Assembly: GCF_009914755.1 (NCBI RefSeq)
Contig: NC_060940.1
DNA: 64,000 nt
Source: the human T2T-CHM13v2.0 reference genome, Homo sapiens
Direction: 5' to 3' (one strand)
Of this stretch, positions 57,901-64,000 are shown one piece after another. A program made the position numbers and the translations under genes. The notes beneath the pieces are model-generated. The model did not search any database and was not told the origin of the DNA. It saw nothing but the letters and a program-made list of their open reading frames with translations. How positions within the stretch are numbered: position 1 is the first letter of the stretch; each line of letters opens with the position of its first letter.

Positions 57901-59233
57901 ATTCATTTCGTGTTCATTCTATGGTTCCACAGGTTTCCATTCGATGACGTTTCCGTTCGTGTCCATTCCATTATTCCATTCTATTTCATTTGATGATGAT
58001 TCCATTCGATTCCATTCATTGGTGATTCCACTCAATTCCATTCAATGATTCCATTCCATTTCTTTCAACAATGATTCCCTTAGTTTCTATTCGATGATCC
58101 ACTTGATTCCATTTGGCGATGATTCCATTCGTGTCCATTCGATGATTCCATTTGATTCCATATGATGATGATTCCATTTGATTCCATACCATGATGATTC
58201 CATTCGAGTCCATTCAATGGTGATTCCATTCAATTCCATTCGATGATTCCTTCCGATTCCATTCGATGATGATGGCATTCGATTCCTTTCAATCATTCCC
58301 TTTGATTCCATTCAAAGGTGATTTCATTCAAGTCCATTCGATAATTGCATTCGATTCCATTCTATGATGATTCCATTCGAGTCCATTTGATGATTCCATT
58401 CAATTCAAGTCAATGATGATTCCATTCGATTCCACTCGATGATTCCATTGGATTCCATTCGATGATGATTCCATTCAAATCCATTCGATAATTCAATTCA
58501 AGTCCATTCGATGATGATTCCAATCGAATCCATTCAAAGATTCCATTCAATTCCATTCGATGATGATTCCCTTAGATTCCATTCGATGATTCCACTTGAT
58601 TCCATTTACGATGATTCCATTCGATTCCATGTGATGAATCCATTCAATTCTATTCAATGATGTTTCCATTTGATTCCATTGGACCATGATTGCCTTTGAT
58701 TCCATTCAATGATTCCATTCGGTTCCATTTGATGATGATTCCGTTCGATTCCATTTCATTATTCCATTTGATTCCATTGGATGAGTCCATTCGATTACAT
58801 TCGATGATTATTCCATTCGAGTGCATTAGATGATTGCATTCGAGTCCATTCGATGATTCCATTCGATTCCATTCGATGTTGATTCTGTTCAAATCCATTC
58901 GATGATTCCACTCGATTCCATTCGATGACTCCATTTGATCCCATTCGATGATTTCCTGTGATTCCCTTTGATGATCATTCTATTTGATTCAATTCGGTGA
59001 TTTCATTTCATTCCATTCAGTGATGTTTCCATTCGACTGTATTCGATGATGATTCCATTCGACTCCATTCGATTATGATTTCCTTCAATTCCATTCAATA
59101 ATGATTCCCTTCGAGTCCATTCGATGATTCCATTCGATTCCATTCAACGATGATTTGATTCGTTTCCATTCGATGATTCCATTTGATTCCACTTGATGAT
59201 GATTCCATTCGAGTCCATTTGATGATTCCATTC
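54947..59233 (+). repeat. Partial, more diverged HOR copy 10 (HOR positions 1 to ~4267; +16 bp and +3 bp)
   Basis: ORF offset to copy 9 rises from 6112 to 6128 to 6131. Colinearity ends after GAGTCCATTTGATGATTCCATTC at ~59233. Confidence 0.9.
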
Positions 59234-61064
59234 GAGTCTATTTATGTATTATATTCGTGTCCACTTCATGATTCCATTCAATTCCATTTAATGTTGATTC
59301 CATTTGATTCCATTTGATGATTCAGTTCGATTCCTTGCAATGATTCCCTACGATTCCTATCTATGATGATTCCATTCGATTCCATTCATTGATGATTTCA
59401 TTCGACTCCATTCGATGATGATTCCTTTCGATTCCATTTGACGATGTTTCCATTTGAGTCCATTCGATGATGATTCTATTCAATTCTGTTCTATTATGAT
59501 TCCATTCGATTTCATTCAATGCTTCTATTTGATTCCATTCGATGATGATTCCATCTCTTTCCCTTCGATGATTCCATTTGATTCCATTCAGTGATGATTC
59601 CATTTGATTCCATCTGATGATGATTTCACTTGATTCCTTTCAATGATGATTCAATTCAAGTCCATTCGATGATTCCATTGGAGTCCAAACGATCATTCCG
59701 TTTGATTCCATTCAATGGTGATTCCATTCATGTCCATTCGATGAATCCATTCAATTCCATTCGATGATGACTCCATTCGAGTACATTCGATGATTCCATT
59801 TGATTCCATTGGAAGATGATTCCATTCAATTCCATTCGAAGATGATTCCATTCAATTCCATTCGATGATGATTCCGTATGAATCCATTCTCTGATTATTC
59901 CATTCGATTCCATTCATTGACGATTCCATTCAATTCCATTCAATGATGATTCTCTTCTATTCCATTCGATGATTCCGGTCGATTCCATTCGATGATGATT
60001 CCATTAGATTCCATTCGATTGTTGCATTCGATTCCCTTCGATGATGATTCCTTTGAATTCCATTCGATTATCATTCCGTATGAATCCATTTGATGATTAT
60101 TCCATTGGATTCCTTTCGATGATGATTCCATTCGATTCCATTTGATGATGTTTCTCTTGTATTCCATTGGATAATTCCTTTCAGTTCCCTTCGATGATTA
60201 TTCTTTCGAGTCAATTCGATGATTCTATTCCATTCCCTTCGATGATGATTCCATTTCACTCCATTTGATGATTCCATTCGACTCAATTTGGTGATGATTC
60301 AATTCGATGACATTCGATGACTCCATTCAATTTCATTTGATGATGATTACATTCGAGTCCATTTGATGATTGTATTCCTTTCCTTTTGATGATTATTCCA
60401 TTCGTGTCTATTCAAAGGTTCCATTCTATTCCATTCAATGATGATTGCATTTGATTCCATTCAATGATTATGGCTATCGATTCCACTCGTTGATTCCATT
60501 TGATTCCGTTCGATGATTATTCCGTTAGATTCCATTAGAAGATTCCATTCGATTTTATTCAATGATTCCAATGGATTCCATTCAATGATGATTCCATTCG
60601 ACTCCATTCAGTGATTCCATTCGAGTCCATTTGATGATTCCATTCTTTTCCATTTGATGATGATTCCATTAGGGTCCATTCAATGATTCCATTCGAGTCC
60701 ATTCGTTAATGCCTTTCGAGTCCTTTTGATCACTACATTCGAGTCCATTCAATGATTCTATTCGATTCCATTCCATGATGATTCCATTCGAGTTCATTCG
60801 ATGATTGCATTCGAGTCCATTTGATGATTCCATATGATTCCATTCGACAATGATTCCATTCGTGTCCATTTGATGATTCCATTCATTTCCTATCGATGAA
60901 GATTCCATTCAAGTGTATTCGATGATTCCATTCAAATCCATTCGATGATGATTCCATTCCAGTCCATTCGATCATTCCACTTGATTCCATTTGATGACTA
61001 TTCCATTCAAATCCATTTGATGATTCCATTCGATTCCATTCGATGTTACCATTCGAGTATATAC
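59234..61064 (+). repeat. ~1.83-kb divergent HSat2 block not colinear with the 6.1-kb HOR
   Basis: Same monomer grammar, but none of the HOR landmarks expected here. It has its own unique strings (TATTTATGTATTATATTCG, GTCCAAACGATC, TATGGCTATCG, TAATGCCTTTCG), and the ORF pattern at 59361-60908 has no counterpart elsewhere. Confidence 0.88.
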
Positions 61065-64000
61065 GATGATTCCACTCGATTCCATTTGATGATTATTCCA
61101 TTGGAGTCCACTTAGTGAATCCTTTAGATTCTACTCGAAGATGATTCCATTCGAGTCCATTCGATGATACCATTCAATTCCATTCGTTGATGCTTCCATT
61201 CAAGTGCATTCGATGATATCATTCGATTCCATTTGATGATAATTCCATTTGATTCCATGCGATGATTCTATTCGATTCCATTCAATGATAATTCCATTCA
61301 ATTCAGTGATTCCTCTGGACTCCATTTGATGATGATTCCATTCAATGATTCCATTCGATTCTATTCCAAAATGATTCCATTTGAATCCATTTGATGATGA
61401 TTCCATTGGATTCAATTTGATGATTCCATTCGATTCCATTCGATGATGATTCCATTCGATTCCTTTTGATGAATCCATTCTATTGTATTCGATGATGATT
61501 CCATTCGATTCCATTCGATGATGATTGGATTCGATTCCATTTTATGATTTCATTTGATTCCATACGATAATGATTTCGATCAATTCCATTCAATGATTCC
61601 ATTCGATTCCATTCGATAATGATTACATCCGAGTCCATTCGATGATTCCATTTGAGCCCGTTCGATAATTCCATTTGAGTCCAACCAATGATTCCATTCA
61701 TTTCCATTCAATGATTCCATTCGAGTCCATTTGATCATTCCGGTAGGGTCCGTTCGATGTTGATTCCATTGGAGTGCATTCGATGATTCCATTCGAGTCC
61801 ATTTTAGGATTTGATTCGAGTCCTTTCGATGATTCCATTCGATTCCACTCGATGATTTCATTCGAGTCCATTCGACACTTCCAATCGATTCCATTTGATG
61901 TTTCCATTCGATTCCAATTGATGATTCCATTCAATTCCATTCGATGATGATTCCGTACGATTCCATTCTGTGATGATTCCATGTGATTGCATTCAATGAT
62001 GATTCCTTTCGATTGCATTCGATTATGATTCATTTCGTGTTCATTCTATGGTTCCACAGGTTTCCATTCGATGATGTTTCCATTCGTGTCCATTCCATTA
62101 TTCCATTCTATTCCATTTGAAGATGATTCCATTCGATTCCATTCATTGGTGATTCCACTCAATTCCATTCAATGATTCCATTCCATTTCTTTCAACAATG
62201 ATTCCATTAGTTTCTATTCGATGATCCACTTGATTCCATTTGACGATGATTCCATTCGTGTCCATTCGATGATTCCATTTGATTCCATATGATGATGATT
62301 CCATTCGATTCCATACGATGATGATTCCATTCGAGTCCATTCAATGGTGATTCCATTCAATTCCATTCGATGATTCCTTTCGATTCCATTCAATGATGAT
62401 GGCATTCGATTCCTTTCGATCATTCCCTTTGATTCCATTCAAAGGTGAATTCATTCAAGTCCATTCGATAATTGCATTCGATTTCATTCTATGATGATTC
62501 CATTCGAGTCCATTTGATGATTCCATTCAATTCAAGTCAATGATGATTCCATTCGATTCCACTCGATGATTCCATTGGATTCCATTCGATGATGATTCCA
62601 TTCAAATCCATTCGATAATTCAATTCAAGTCCATTCGATGATGATTCCAATCGAATCCATTCAAAGATTCCACTCAATTCCATTCGATGATGATTCCCTT
62701 AGATTCCATTCGATGATTCCACTTGATTCCATTTACGATGATTCCATTCGATTCCATGTGATGATTCCATTCAATTCTATTCAATGATGTTTCCACTTGA
62801 TTCCATTCGAACATGATTGCCTTTGATTCCATTCAATGATTCCATACGGTTCCATTTGATGTTGATTCCATTCGAGTGCATTAGATGATTCCATTCGAGT
62901 CCATTCGATGATTCCATTCGATTCCATTCGATGTTGATTCTGTTCAAATCCATTCGATGATTCCACTTGATTCCATTCGATGACTCCATTTGATCCCATT
63001 CGATGATTTCCTTTGATTCCCTTTGATGATCATTCCATTTGATTCAATTCGGTGATTTCATTTGATTCCATTCAGTGATGTTTCCATTCAACTCCTTTCG
63101 ATGATGATTCCATTCGACTCCATTCGATTATGATTTCATTCAATTCCATTCGATAATGATTCCCTTCAAGTCCATTCGATGATTCCATTCGATTCCATTC
63201 AACGATGATTTGATTCGTGTCCATTCGATGATTCCATTTGATTCCATTTGATGATGATTCCATTCGAGTCCATTTGATGATTCCATTCAATTCCATTCTC
63301 CGATGATTTCTTTTGAGCCCATTCAATGCTTCCACTCGATTCCATATGATGATGACTCCATTTGATGAAATTCCATGATGATTCCATTCGCTTGCATTCG
63401 ATGATGATTCCACTTGAGTCCGTTAGAAGATTCTATTCAATTACATTCCATGACGATTCTGTTCGAGTCCATTTGATGATTCCATTAGACTCCATTTGAC
63501 GATGATTCCATTCGATGTTATTCGATGATGCTTCCATTCAACTCCATTCGATGTTTCCATTCGAGTTCATTCTATTATTCCATTAGATTCCATTCGATGA
63601 TGATTCCATTCGATTCCATTCAATGATTCCATTCAATTCCATACGATGATTCCATTTGATTTGATTCGACAGTGAGCCATTCGATTCAATTCCATGATGA
63701 TTCTATTTGATTCAATTGGTTGACATTTCCATTCGATTCCATTCGATGATGATTCCATTTGATTCCATTCAAAGATGTTTCCATTCTAGCCCATTCAATC
63801 ATTCCATTCGATTCTATTCAATGATGATTCCATTCATGTCGATTTGGTGATTCCATTTGACTTCATTTGATGATGATTCCTTTCAAGTTCATTAGATGAT
63901 TCCATTCGATTCCATTTGATGATGATCCCATTCGAGTCCATTCAGTGATTCCACTCGTTTCCATTCCATGATGATTCCATTCCATTCCATTCAATGATTC
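61065..64000 (+). repeat. Eroded partial HOR copy 11 (resumes at HOR position ~1989; deletions of 3, 72, 23, 173 and 3 bp)
   Basis: Landmarks GTCCACTTAGTGAATCC, CCGGTAGGGTCC, GGTTCCACAGG and GACAGTGAGCC are present, with stepwise shrinking offsets. Confidence 0.9.

Larger units (their letters stand above)
1..64000 (+). repeat. Human satellite II (HSat2/HSATII)-type tandem array of diverged 23/26-bp CATTC-derived monomers; probably HSat2B (16q11.2-like)
   Basis: Continuous TTCCATTCGATGATGA / TTCCATTCGAGTCCATTCGATGA motifs with dense TCGA sites over the whole window. GATGAT spacers distinguish it from (CATTC)n HSat3. The family call is firm; the subfamily/chromosome assignment rests only on the ~6.1-kb period and is less certain. 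Confidence 0.97.

Noticed and set aside
59234-61064. Mobile element insertion or inversion explaining the anomalous block
   Set aside because: The block is itself HSat2 in the same orientation, with no poly(A) tail, terminal repeats, short target-site duplication or Alu/L1-like sequence.
218-63413. Many 60-132 aa minus-strand ORFs (MESSNGIEWNHRM... repeats) as a repetitive protein family or operon
   Set aside because: They are translations of the GAATG strand, which is ATG-rich and stop-poor, while the + strand is full of TGA. They overlap in several frames, recur with the HOR, and gain or lose starts and stops at random between copies, with no sign of coding constraint.
1-64000. CRISPR-like array or other repeat-spacer system
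   Set aside because: There is no invariant repeat alternating with unique spacers; all sequence derives from the same monomer and no cas-like genes are present.
1-64000. HSat3/DYZ1, alpha satellite or telomeric repeat
   Set aside because: There are no long (CATTC)n runs, no 171-bp monomer or CENP-B box and no TTAGGG tracts; the 23/26-bp GATGAT-containing monomers indicate HSat2.

Overview
The whole 64 kb is one uninterrupted block of classical CATTC/GAATG pericentromeric satellite of the human satellite II (HSat2/HSATII) type. It is built from diverged 23/26-bp monomers (GATGAT[GAT]TCCATTCGA[T/G]TCCATTC), and the CATTC strand is on + throughout. The monomers form a ~6.11-kb higher-order repeat (HOR): nine complete copies (1-54946; 6111, 6112, 6112, 6112, 6083, 6109, 6109, 6086, 6112 bp) and a more diverged partial tenth copy (54947-59233). 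These are followed by a ~1.83-kb HSat2 block not colinear with the HOR (59234-61064) and an eroded, deletion-rich partial copy (61065-64000). A ~6.1-kb period is what I recall for the HSat2B array at human 16q11.2; this is an inference and was not mapped. I see no genes, RNA genes, transposons, CRISPR arrays or inversions, and all listed ORFs are artefacts of the repeat. I found no evidence for a new gene system. The noteworthy content is satellite-evolution structure: a switch from a homogenised to an older layer, mosaic and converted HOR copies, a monomer overwritten by its neighbour, indels quantised to the monomer grammar, older duplications inside the HOR, and recurrent DUX4-type motifs. 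All comparisons were made by eye and from ORF-coordinate offsets.
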